NCBI GenBank assembly: GCA_017521805.1
Contig: JAFXDK010000073.1
Span: 13,410-77,409, forward strand
Direction of reading: 5' to 3'
Length of the DNA stretch: 64,000 nucleotides
Source: Ruminococcus sp.
Lineage (GTDB): Bacteria > Bacillota > Clostridia > Oscillospirales > Ruminococcaceae
Below are positions 53,373-61,605 of this stretch, one piece after another. The number at the start of each line of letters is the position of its first letter. Position 1 is the stretch's first letter. The notes beneath the pieces are model-generated. The model ran no database searches. It saw nothing but the letters and a program-made list of their open reading frames with translations, and had not been told where the DNA came from. The translations under genes and the position numbers were made by a program.

Positions 53373-55052
53373 TTATTTTCTCGAAAACTCCTTATTGCGA
53401 GCCTTGATTTCTTGCTTATGCACATACATTTCTTTATCACATTGAGTTACAATATCCTTTACTGTAGGGTATTTCTCACTGTCATATTGTGCAAATCCAC
53501 AGGCAATTTCAAAAGGATAACCCTTATCAACAGCGGATTCCTTTTCAGTTTCTGCAAGAAGCGAATCTTTTAATTCCTTTTCAGCTATGCACACAAATTC
53601 GTCACCACCTATACGATACACATTGCCGTTTTTGCCAATCACCCTTTTAAGTATTTCCGCACATCTGATAATTGCAGCATCACCCGTTTCATGCCCATGA
53701 TTATCATTGATATATTTCAGGAAATTCACATCACAAAGGACAAAATACAGGGATTTAAACTTTTCGCCCTCCGCTTCAAGCTCCTCAATTTTCTTTTCGT
53801 ATGCATTTCTGTTGAAAACACCTGTCATAGCGTCCAGAGAGACAAGCTCCAGCGCCTCGCTCTTTTTCTTAAAGCGCTTATGGATAAAACCTCCGATAAA
53901 GAAAAGAGTTATCAGCACAATAACTGCAATTGCAGCATTTATAATATTCCGTGTTATTTCTTCTTTTTCCTTTATTTCCGCTTTACATATTACAGCATTA
54001 TCAACATAATAGGACATTAAATCATCGTTAGTGAGCTGTTCACCCTCTTCCAGATTATCAGTCTGTATGTAGAAATATACATTTTCAGCTTCTACGGGAA
54101 CTGTAAAATATCCGTCAATTTTTGTCCATTTACCTTTATTCAACGTTTTGGCAGATATCAGATTATATTGATCACTGCCGCCGAGAGTATACTGTATTTC
54201 CATTCTGAAACCGTGGGAATCGCTGTACTCCTTGCCGTTGTACATCACATAAGCAGAATAATAATAACTTTCACCCTTTATGATTTTATCAGAAATCGGA
54301 ACTGTAGGTGCGTTCCAAGGCTCTTTTCGGTTTGTGGCATAAATCGAATAATTACCTGTATAGCTGTATTCATCGGTATGAGCAACAGTAAGATCACCTC
54401 TTGCAACCCACTGTTCAAAGCTTTGCTCAAAATCCATATAGTACTTATCCTGAAAATCAGATACAACATTATCTGTATTTTCAGCGGTATTTCCAATTAC
54501 CACAACATCATCAACAGAAAAGTCAAGCGCTGCATTTCCACATTCAAAATACATCAAAGAAGAAACTGCATCCTCAGCAACAGTAACAATTCCCGAAATA
54601 TTTGTCCATACCCCAGGTTCAACGTCCACAGATGCAATCTGAGTAAACGCATCACTTCCGTATACATCTCTCGTTCTGATTGTCCACGAAAAAGGTTCTG
54701 TCTGACTGCTTTCATGGTATACCCAGCCGTCAAAGGAGTATGCGTCACCGGGATTTACCAGGGTATCGCAGTAAAAAGACGGACCATCGTATGGATTTTT
54801 ACGTCCCGTTATTTTCAGACTTTGACCGCCTGAATGACTTGTCTCCTCACTAAGTGACAAATTCCCGCCGCCAAAGGGTGTCCATTTTCCTATATTTTGA
54901 CTTTCAAAATCTTGTTCCAGAATTATTGAATCACCAACTGCAGCTTCCGTACTTTCCACAATTCCATCATCGTCTGCAAAGGAAGAAAGAGGTGACAGCA
55001 GTGACAGAGCAGCTGTCATTACAGCTAAAAATTGTACTACAATAGATTTCAT
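53373..55052 (-). CDS. Membrane diguanylate cyclase with two extracellular CBM_4_9-like carbohydrate-binding modules
   Basis: Signal peptide. Two CBM4/9/22-type modules ('DFESQNIGKWTPFGGG..SHSGGQSLKITGR..W.GP...', 'DFEQSFEQWVARGD..YTGNYSIYATNR..WNAP'). One TM helix. GGDEF domain 'YRIGGDEFVCIA'. Confidence 0.82.
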   Translation of the reverse strand: MKSIVVQFLAVMTAALSLLSPLSSFADDDGIVESTEAAVGDSIILEQDFESQNIGKWTPFGGGNLSLSEETSHSGGQSLKITGRKNPYDGPSFYCDTLVNPGDAYSFDGWVYHESSQTEPFSWTIRTRDVYGSDAFTQIASVDVEPGVWTNISGIVTVAEDAVSSLMYFECGNAALDFSVDDVVVIGNTAENTDNVVSDFQDKYYMDFEQSFEQWVARGDLTVAHTDEYSYTGNYSIYATNRKEPWNAPTVPISDKIIKGESYYYSAYVMYNGKEYSDSHGFRMEIQYTLGGSDQYNLISAKTLNKGKWTKIDGYFTVPVEAENVYFYIQTDNLEEGEQLTNDDLMSYYVDNAVICKAEIKEKEEITRNIINAAIAVIVLITLFFIGGFIHKRFKKKSEALELVSLDAMTGVFNRNAYEKKIEELEAEGEKFKSLYFVLCDVNFLKYINDNHGHETGDAAIIRCAEILKRVIGKNGNVYRIGGDEFVCIAEKELKDSLLAETEKESAVDKGYPFEIACGFAQYDSEKYPTVKDIVTQCDKEMYVHKQEIKARNKEFSRK

Positions 55053-55340
55053 AATTATAACACCCGAATCTTTTTAAGACTTAGTTCTGATAAAATCAGA
55101 ACCACTATTAACAATATTATATCACATTTTTTTATAAATGTCTATAGAATTTCCAAAACTTTTTTCAAAAATCAGAATATTTACAGCAAAAACTTAGAAC
55201 ATTTTAACTAATTCGTAATTCAATTTATCCAAGTCATAATTCAATCACAAATATTTTGACTATTTCATCTAAATCGCGCCCATATATTTGTGTATTATTA
55301 CACATTTTTTTCTGTACACCTATGGTTTTTTCCAAAAAAC

Positions 55341-55369
55341 TTGCATTTTTTATTTTACTATGGTATAAT
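55341..55369 (+). promoter_or_regulatory. SigA-type promoter of the PocR / EAL operon
   Basis: TTGCAT (55341-55346), 17-nt spacer, TGgTATAAT (hexamer 55364-55369). Confidence 0.6.
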
Positions 55370-55504
55370 AAAAATATAGTATAGGTGCGTTTCGTAAAAC
55401 ATAGAAAACATATCCACTTATAAAGATTCTCTTTAAACTAAATTCAAGCTTTGAAGATAGTTTCCGGAGATTCCCATAAATGTATCAGCATCGAGGTGAT
55501 ATTA

Positions 55505-56578
55505 ATGTCCAATATTTCTATGAATCAACTTTTTGACACTAGAATTCTGCAGGAGTTTCAGGACGCATTTTCAGAATATACAGGAATTGCTTCCGTAATT
55601 ACTGATTCAGAGGGAAAACAAGTTACACAATCTTCAAATTTCAGCCGCATCTGCAAAAAACTTATCAGAAACTCAGCTGAAAATGTATCAAAATGTATGG
55701 AATACTCAAAGCAGGGTTCCAGAAAAACCGTTGAAAACGATAAACCATGTATTTACAAATGTCACGCAGGATTATATGAAATTTCCTGTCCTATTATGCT
55801 TGAAGATATTATTATCGGTTCTTTAGTCTGCGGTCAGATTGTCTGTACCGATGAGGATGAAGAAAATGTAAAAAATCATCTATCTGATATGAATATCTCT
55901 GCAAAACAATTTTCCGAAGTGACAGGCAATCTAAAAAAAATGACTATGGAAGAATTGCAGAAAACCGCTGACTATTCCTTTAAAATCGCTAAGATACTCT
56001 CAAATATTGCTTATAAGAATAATATTCTGATAAAAAGTAATCGCCTGAGACTTTCATCTGTCTATGTCAACGCAGATGAAACCGCCCTTGATTTCGGATA
56101 TGATGTGATATACAACACACACGCTCTTACAAGCACTGTTATGGCTGGTATAAAAACTATCTGCAATGGACAAAATATCACTCTTGAAATAAAGACATTA
56201 AGCTTTATTCCGGATGAGCTTCTCGGAAATCCTAAAACAATACAGTTTGTCATTGAGGGTATAATCTCCTTTATAGTAAAGCAATGTAATATAACAAACA
56301 TGTTGATAAATTTTTCGTGCAGCAAGGAATATTACCTGTATACGCTTTCAATGGAAATTATTGCAGATACAGATTCTTCATGCAATCAACTTGCAGATTT
56401 TATGAATAATTGCTTTTCTGAGAATTCAAATTCAGTAAATGCAGGTTCTGTAAGAATTAAGGAAGCAATATTCAACAAGTTAAATGGTATTATTGATTTT
56501 TGGGTCACAGAAGACAATAAATTCAAAGCTCGAATGACTATTCCGCAGCTTGACGTAAGGGGTAATAATTATGAATAA
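55505..56578 (+). CDS. PocR sensory-domain protein with degenerate HATPase_c-like C-terminus (no DHp/His box seen)
   Basis: PocR-like 'LQEFQDAFSEYTGIASVITDSEGKQVTQ.SNFSRICK....S......C..S.......C..YKCHAGLYEISCPI....IIGS..CGQ'. The C-terminal 'LLGNPKTIQFVIEGIISFIVKQ' and 'GSVRIKEAIFNKLNGIIDFW' resemble N-box and G2-box remnants. Start at ATG 55505, after GAGGTG. Confidence 0.7.
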   Translation: MSNISMNQLFDTRILQEFQDAFSEYTGIASVITDSEGKQVTQSSNFSRICKKLIRNSAENVSKCMEYSKQGSRKTVENDKPCIYKCHAGLYEISCPIMLEDIIIGSLVCGQIVCTDEDEENVKNHLSDMNISAKQFSEVTGNLKKMTMEELQKTADYSFKIAKILSNIAYKNNILIKSNRLRLSSVYVNADETALDFGYDVIYNTHALTSTVMAGIKTICNGQNITLEIKTLSFIPDELLGNPKTIQFVIEGIISFIVKQCNITNMLINFSCSKEYYLYTLSMEIIADTDSSCNQLADFMNNCFSENSNSVNAGSVRIKEAIFNKLNGIIDFWVTEDNKFKARMTIPQLDVRGNNYE

Positions 56579-58259
56579 TGATGAATATGAGAAAAATTTT
56601 TCGGTGCTGTTGAGCTCCTTTATTCTCGATATGGAAAAAGTTCCTACAGATACTACACATCCTGATATAGCATCTGCTTGTGAGAATCTGTGCAATTTCC
56701 TGAGAATATCACGTCTGGAAGCAACACATATACAATATCCGGATCTGCCGCATAAAGAACCCATATTAAATTCCATTGATTATTTTAAATCAGATGAATA
56801 TGACAGCTCACAACCTTTTACAATTACACGTGAAACTCCCGGGGGAACTGCCATATATAAGGTTTATCCTGCAAAAGAGGCTGAACCGTGGTCTGAAACA
56901 GAAATTGATAAAATCAATGTATTTATTGTAACTCTTTTTGTATTTAACGGAAGAATGCGCAGTATGGCTCTTTGCAGCCGTCTCACTTTCCATGACAGAG
57001 ATATTGCAGCATACAATATTAAATACTACACAATAAAACTCCGCGAATTAATCCGCGAAAACAAAGCCGCAGAATATATTTGCTGTCGATTTAATCTAAA
57101 GAAATTCTCCCTGATAAACAAAGCTTTTGGAAGAGAACAGGGAACCAAAATAATGGAACAATTTGCGCTTGGCCTTTCTGCTCTTTCAGGTGATGACTGC
57201 TGTCTTTGCAGACTTGGAGGAGATAATTTTCTGCATCTTTTTAAAGCAGACAAGTCTGAAGTTGTTAAAAATTATCTTACAAATACTTCCGTTGAAACAG
57301 GAAATCCTGATGAACCTTATGCTAAAATCTCCGCACGTTTCAGCTTTTATTATATTACAGGTACATGTCAAACTGTCTCAGAGATTATTGATAGAGCAAC
57401 AAGCGCTTACAATATAATGAAAAAGACTGCCAATTCTACTTCTATTATCTATGATCAACGTGTAGCTGAGCAGATTGAAAATCAGCGTATTGTTGAAGAG
57501 AACTTTCTGAAAGCTATTGAAAATGAGGAATTTCTTGTATACTATCAGCCTAAAGTAGAACTCAGAAGATACTCTCTCAATGGCGCAGAAGCTCTTTGTC
57601 GCTGGAAACATAACGGAGAGCTTATCCCTCCAAATATGTTTATACCTATTCTTGAACAAAGCAATAATATCTGTACTCTGGATTTCTATATGCTTGAGCA
57701 TGTTTGCCAAGATATTCGCAGATGGCTTGATAACGGACTTGAAGTAGTCAGAGTATCTGTAAATATTTCGCGCATTCATCTTGGTAAACAGAATCTTTCA
57801 GAAAGAATCATCAATACACTCAAAAAATATAATGTTCCTCACCAGTACATCGAAATTGAACTGACTGAGACAACTTCTGATGTTGACTTTGACGAATTGA
57901 AAAAAATCGTGGGAGCACTTCACAACGTAGGTATCAGTACTTCCATAGATGATTTCGGCGTTGGATATTCTTCACTTAATCTTATCCGCGATTTGCCATG
58001 GAATACGCTGAAAATTGATAAAAGCTTCCTCCCGAAAGAAAATGATCCCTATAATAGTCAGAAAATAACTATGCTCAAGAATGTTATTACAATGGCACAA
58101 AGCCTTGGTCTTGAATGTCTTGTTGAGGGAGTTGAAACAACAAATCATGTTGCAATTCTCAAAGAGAACGCTTGCTATCAGGCACAGGGTTTTTGTTTTG
58201 ATAAGCCTTTGCCTGTGGAAGAATTCGAAAAAAGACTTAAAAACAGAATTTTTAAATAA
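56571..58259 (+). CDS. c-di-GMP phosphodiesterase: N-terminal unknown domain, degenerate GGDEF (GGDNF), intact-looking EAL
   Basis: GGDEF site reads 'RLGGDNFLHLF'. EAL motifs: 'YYQPKV', 'GAEALCRW', 'VSVNIS', 'IEIELTE', 'IDDFGVGYSSLN', 'LKIDKSF', 'VEGVET', 'AQGFCF'. 8-nt overlap with the PocR gene. Confidence 0.85.
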   Translation: MNNDEYEKNFSVLLSSFILDMEKVPTDTTHPDIASACENLCNFLRISRLEATHIQYPDLPHKEPILNSIDYFKSDEYDSSQPFTITRETPGGTAIYKVYPAKEAEPWSETEIDKINVFIVTLFVFNGRMRSMALCSRLTFHDRDIAAYNIKYYTIKLRELIRENKAAEYICCRFNLKKFSLINKAFGREQGTKIMEQFALGLSALSGDDCCLCRLGGDNFLHLFKADKSEVVKNYLTNTSVETGNPDEPYAKISARFSFYYITGTCQTVSEIIDRATSAYNIMKKTANSTSIIYDQRVAEQIENQRIVEENFLKAIENEEFLVYYQPKVELRRYSLNGAEALCRWKHNGELIPPNMFIPILEQSNNICTLDFYMLEHVCQDIRRWLDNGLEVVRVSVNISRIHLGKQNLSERIINTLKKYNVPHQYIEIELTETTSDVDFDELKKIVGALHNVGISTSIDDFGVGYSSLNLIRDLPWNTLKIDKSFLPKENDPYNSQKITMLKNVITMAQSLGLECLVEGVETTNHVAILKENACYQAQGFCFDKPLPVEEFEKRLKNRIFK

Positions 58260-58271
58260 ATGGCAAACCGC

Positions 58272-58301
58272 AAAAGCACGCCGAAAATCGGCGTGCTTTT
58301 T
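58272..58301 (+). terminator. Intrinsic terminator after the EAL gene
   Basis: 12-bp stem aaaagcacgccg / cggcgtgctttt plus T. Confidence 0.8.
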
Positions 58302-58327
58302 CTATATGGATTTCCTGTAGAAAAATG

Positions 58328-58356
58328 TTGACACAGCATTATATTCATAGTATAAT
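58328..58356 (+). promoter_or_regulatory. Consensus SigA promoter of the polytopic membrane protein gene
   Basis: TTGACA (58328-58333), 17-nt spacer, TATAAT (58351-58356). Confidence 0.65.
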
Positions 58357-58389
58357 ATATTATGAAATATTAATGAAAGGAATAATCAA

Positions 58390-60081
58390 ATGACAAAATT
58401 TAAAAAAAGTAAAGTTAATCTTAATCACGACAATAAATTCATGTCAATTGCACGAATTACAGTCGCTGTAATCATGCTTGCTGTAATGGGAATACTTACA
58501 GCACAAAGTATGCTCGGTACTTCGGATATGCAGATTGTAATGGAGGAAAACGTTGTAGACAACATCCTTTTCCGCGTAAGACAAGGCTGGGAAACGGTTG
58601 TATACTACAGCGACGACGTTTTCGCCAATGCAATATGGCTTATATGCGGATTCACATTTATATCCCTGCTGCTGCCACTGATAAAGAAAATACCTATATG
58701 GGCACAAGTCACAATTACAGTAACATGGACAATTATGATAGGCACTATATGGATATTCTCCTCCAACCTCTCCCCTACAGAAGATTCGTACAGAGTTACA
58801 CAAGCGGCTTTAAGCGCATATAACAGCGATTTCGGATTTCTTGCGGAAAATGAGCGATATTTCAGGAATTACTCCTATCAGCTGGGATATGTTTTCTTCA
58901 ACGAATTTTTTGTCCGCATTGCGCATATATTCGGACCTGTTGAAAATTTGCTTTTCCTTGAAGTGATAAACGTATTTCTTCTTGCTGCAGCTTATGGAGC
59001 TCTGATTCTCATGAACAAGCACATCTTCAACGATGAAAGAGTGTGCGCGGTTACATCGCTTTTATTTATACTTGCAGCTCAGCCGATTATATTCTGCTCG
59101 TTCCTTTACGGCTTTATTCCGGGACTTGCCTTTGCGGTATACGGTCTGTTCTTTATGGTGCTTTATCTGAAAAAGGACAAAATCATATATGCCCCCTTTT
59201 CTGTGATTTGCACAGCCTTAGCAGTTATGATTAAACAAAATTATCTGATAGTTCTTGTAGCTGTATGCTGTATAACATTTACAGCAATGTTCAAACGCAG
59301 AAAATTCATTAAGGATATCATATACATTGCGTCGGCTGTTGCCCTTGCAGTATCAGTGAATCCCGCTGTAAAATCCCACTATGAAAAGCGTGCAGATGTT
59401 GATTTAGGCGAATCTATTCCGATTACTTCATGGATATCAATGGGACTTCACGAGGCAGGCAACGCGCCGGGTTGGTACAGTCCATATTTTACAATAGATA
59501 TATTTTCTCAGAGTGAGTTCAATCCCGATAAAGCAAGTGAGAAATCAATGGAACTCATAGAGGAACGTCTTGATTATTTCAAAGAACACCCTCAGTACCG
59601 CAAGGAATTTTTCTATAAAAAATTCATGTCACAGTGGAATGAAACAACGTATCAAAGTATATGGAACAATCAGATTCGCCAGAACTATAAACCGAGAACA
59701 TCTCTTGCCGAATGGGTATGCACTGACGGAGAGGACACCGTAAAGCAGTATATGGACTACTTTGCACAGCTGATTTTCGCCGCTGTATTCGTAGGACTTC
59801 TTGCCTGTCTCAAAAATAAAAACTTCCTCAGTGTAACACTTCCCGTTGTTATATTGGGCGGTGTAATTTACCACATTCTTGCAGAGGCAAAATCACAGTA
59901 CGCCATGCCATATTTTATACTGATGATTGGCTTTGGCGCTTATGGCATAATAGCTGCATACGATTATTTCGGCAAAAAGGCAGAAAATAACAAATTGGCA
60001 AAATTGATTTTCAATCATGAATATCTTTCTCAGAAGCTTTCCGCAGTTATGACATCAAAAAACGATAAAAAAGGACAGTAA
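58390..60081 (+). CDS. Polytopic membrane protein, possibly GT-C-type (ArnT/PMT_2-like) glycosyltransferase; function uncertain
   Basis: 563 aa with about 11-13 predicted TM helices and a large extracytoplasmic loop near residues 330-430. The family assignment rests on architecture only. Confidence 0.6.
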   Translation: MTKFKKSKVNLNHDNKFMSIARITVAVIMLAVMGILTAQSMLGTSDMQIVMEENVVDNILFRVRQGWETVVYYSDDVFANAIWLICGFTFISLLLPLIKKIPIWAQVTITVTWTIMIGTIWIFSSNLSPTEDSYRVTQAALSAYNSDFGFLAENERYFRNYSYQLGYVFFNEFFVRIAHIFGPVENLLFLEVINVFLLAAAYGALILMNKHIFNDERVCAVTSLLFILAAQPIIFCSFLYGFIPGLAFAVYGLFFMVLYLKKDKIIYAPFSVICTALAVMIKQNYLIVLVAVCCITFTAMFKRRKFIKDIIYIASAVALAVSVNPAVKSHYEKRADVDLGESIPITSWISMGLHEAGNAPGWYSPYFTIDIFSQSEFNPDKASEKSMELIEERLDYFKEHPQYRKEFFYKKFMSQWNETTYQSIWNNQIRQNYKPRTSLAEWVCTDGEDTVKQYMDYFAQLIFAAVFVGLLACLKNKNFLSVTLPVVILGGVIYHILAEAKSQYAMPYFILMIGFGAYGIIAAYDYFGKKAENNKLAKLIFNHEYLSQKLSAVMTSKNDKKGQ

Positions 60082-60084
60082 ATA

Positions 60085-60243
60085 ATACCAATTCCTAAAA
60101 TGTTAGTAGACAAAGATGATGAGCAGAAATGATGTATGTCAAGGCGGACGACGAAAACATACTGTCGTATGGTGAGGAGGACAACGACGACATACACCAT
60201 TTATGCCATTAGATTTGTCTACTGTTGTTTCAGGGATTGGTAT
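60085..60243 (+). other. 159-nt rod-like nested hairpin in the 3' region of the membrane-protein gene
   Basis: Hand-folded pairs:
- 60085-60095 with 60233-60243 (11 bp, 1 G-U).
- 60105-60114 with 60214-60223 (10 bp).
- AAAUGAUGUAUGUC (60127-60140) with GACAUACACCAUUU (60189-60202), 13/14.
- At the apex, GUCGU can pair with either of two ACGAC copies. Confidence 0.6.
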
Positions 60244-60246
60244 AGA

Positions 60247-60286
60247 ATAAAGCGTACCGCAATTTCAATGTGGTACGCTTTATTGT
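60247..60286. terminator. Bidirectional terminator between the membrane-protein gene and the HAD/rib operon
   Basis: 12-bp stem ataaagcgtacc (60247-60258) with ggtacgctttat (60272-60283). Confidence 0.75.
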
Positions 60287-60942
60287 TATGCAAGCAATTT
60301 TTTTACAGCTTCGGGAATTTCTGTTATATCGTCAACAATTATATCAGCCACCGAAAGCTCCTCAGGATTTCCGTAGCCGTATCCGCAACCGATAGATTTC
60401 AAGCCGTTTTTTTCAGCTGTTTCAATATCGTGAAATCTATCGCCTATGACAACAAATTCACCCTTGTGCTGTAGGCTGAACAGGCGGAAAATCTGATATT
60501 TAGGGATAAAATCGTATTCCTCACAGCAGTAAAAATAATCGAAATATCGACGAAGCCTGAACACTCTTGAATGTCGCTCCATGTACTTCACACGGCAGTT
60601 GCTGAGAAAAATCAGCGTATGCCCCTGAACTTTAAGCTCTTCAAGGACTTTTTCGGCATTGGGATATAACGCACCCTCGCCATTTTCAATACGCTGTCCC
60701 ATGTCCTGCCCCAGAAATACACGTGCCTTTTCCTTGATATCAACAGGCACATCGGGGAGGAAATTATTCCACATATCAGTTGAATTAAAACCAAGCCAGT
60801 AACTTATTTCCTCGTCGGTGTACTCCTTTTCGGGCATATATCCCATATCCGCAAGCATTTTGCAGGTCGCACGGAATGCAGGAGCATACGTCAGCATTGA
60901 CTGGTGAAGCGTGCCGTCGTAGTCAAATATAAGATTTGCCAT
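60286..60942 (-). CDS. HAD-superfamily phosphatase (candidate 5-amino-6-(5-phospho-D-ribitylamino)uracil phosphatase)
   Basis: Motif I 'FDYDGTL', motif II 'LSN', motif IV 'GDRFHD'. Its ATG overlaps the ribH stop by 1 nt (TAATG). Confidence 0.8.
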   Translation of the reverse strand: MANLIFDYDGTLHQSMLTYAPAFRATCKMLADMGYMPEKEYTDEEISYWLGFNSTDMWNNFLPDVPVDIKEKARVFLGQDMGQRIENGEGALYPNAEKVLEELKVQGHTLIFLSNCRVKYMERHSRVFRLRRYFDYFYCCEEYDFIPKYQIFRLFSLQHKGEFVVIGDRFHDIETAEKNGLKSIGCGYGYGNPEELSVADIIVDDITEIPEAVKKLLA

Positions 60943-61409
60943 TAGTCCTCAATCTCTCTGATAAGGTTAATCATTTCGATTGCGCCCTCTGCACACTCAC
61001 TGCCCTTGTTTCCTGCCTTAGAGCCTGCACGCTCAATAGCCTGTTCAATATTTTCAGTTGTAATAACACCAAACATTACAGGAATATCGCTGTTAAGAGA
61101 TACGTGAGCTATACCCTTTGCTGCTTCGTTGCATACAAGGTCATAGTGTGATGTACTGCCTCTGATAATTGCACCAAGACAGATTATAGCGTCATATTTG
61201 CCGCTGTCAGCCATTTTCTTTGCAATAAGTGGGATTTCAAACGCACCGGGAACCCATGCAATATCAACGGAATCCTCTGGTACATCATGTCTTTTGAGAG
61301 TATCAAGAGCACCGCCTAAAAGCTTGCTTGTGATAAACTCGTTGAATCGTGCAACAACGATTCCTATTCTTACATCTCTTGGAATAAGATTGCCTTCGTA
61401 TGTTTTCAT
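60942..61409 (-). CDS. ribH: 6,7-dimethyl-8-ribityllumazine synthase
   Basis: '[16 protein letters not shown]...L', 'W.VPGAFE.P', 'D.VI.LG.VIRG.T.H.D.V' and 'GV.T'. Start at ATG 61407-61409, with AGGAG 9 nt upstream. Confidence 0.93.
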   Translation of the reverse strand: MKTYEGNLIPRDVRIGIVVARFNEFITSKLLGGALDTLKRHDVPEDSVDIAWVPGAFEIPLIAKKMADSGKYDAIICLGAIIRGSTSHYDLVCNEAAKGIAHVSLNSDIPVMFGVITTENIEQAIERAGSKAGNKGSECAEGAIEMINLIREIED

Positions 61410-61442
61410 TTTAAAAATCTCCTTATTAATTAATAATCTAAA

Positions 61443-61605
61443 GGGGTTCTCTAAAAAACGCAGCACGAGCAGGATTTCGCATATGACAAATATCAGTTAC
61501 AAGGCGGCAAACCGCAGTAATACTTTGTGTATTGCAAGGTTTGACAACGCTGTAAATGGTATTTGTCATAGAAAGACTGCCGTGAAGCGATTTTTAGAGG
61601 TCCCC
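61443..61605 (-). other. 163-nt rod-like nested hairpin filling the ribBA-ribH spacer; its outer arm includes the last codons and stop of ribBA
   Basis: Outer arms 61443-61457 with 61591-61605 (13/15). Middle CGC/CACG/GCAG blocks pair. Inner 11-bp stem 61482-61492 with 61560-61570. Branched apex. Confidence 0.6.

Noticed and set aside
60085-60200. Short hydrophobic minus-strand ORF (MVYVVVVLLTIRQYVFVV...) inside the 60.1-kb hairpin; possible type I toxin
   Set aside because: I found no SD or promoter. It begins just after the terminator of the upstream operon. Hydrophobicity follows from the GTC/GTT-rich arm of the hairpin. I kept only the RNA-structure observation.
60136-60474. 112-aa + strand ORF crossing the terminator into the antisense of the HAD gene
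   Set aside because: It crosses a strong bidirectional terminator, has no SD, and is mostly a shadow of the HAD gene.
61443-61605. Homology between the 60.1-kb hairpin and the ribBA-ribH spacer hairpin (shared GACAAA, CAAGGCGG, GACAACG, ATTTGTC in the same order)
   Set aside because: The shared words are 6-8 nt, their spacing differs, and two of them are simply each other's complement within a stem. This is a chance-level similarity, so I report them as separate structures.
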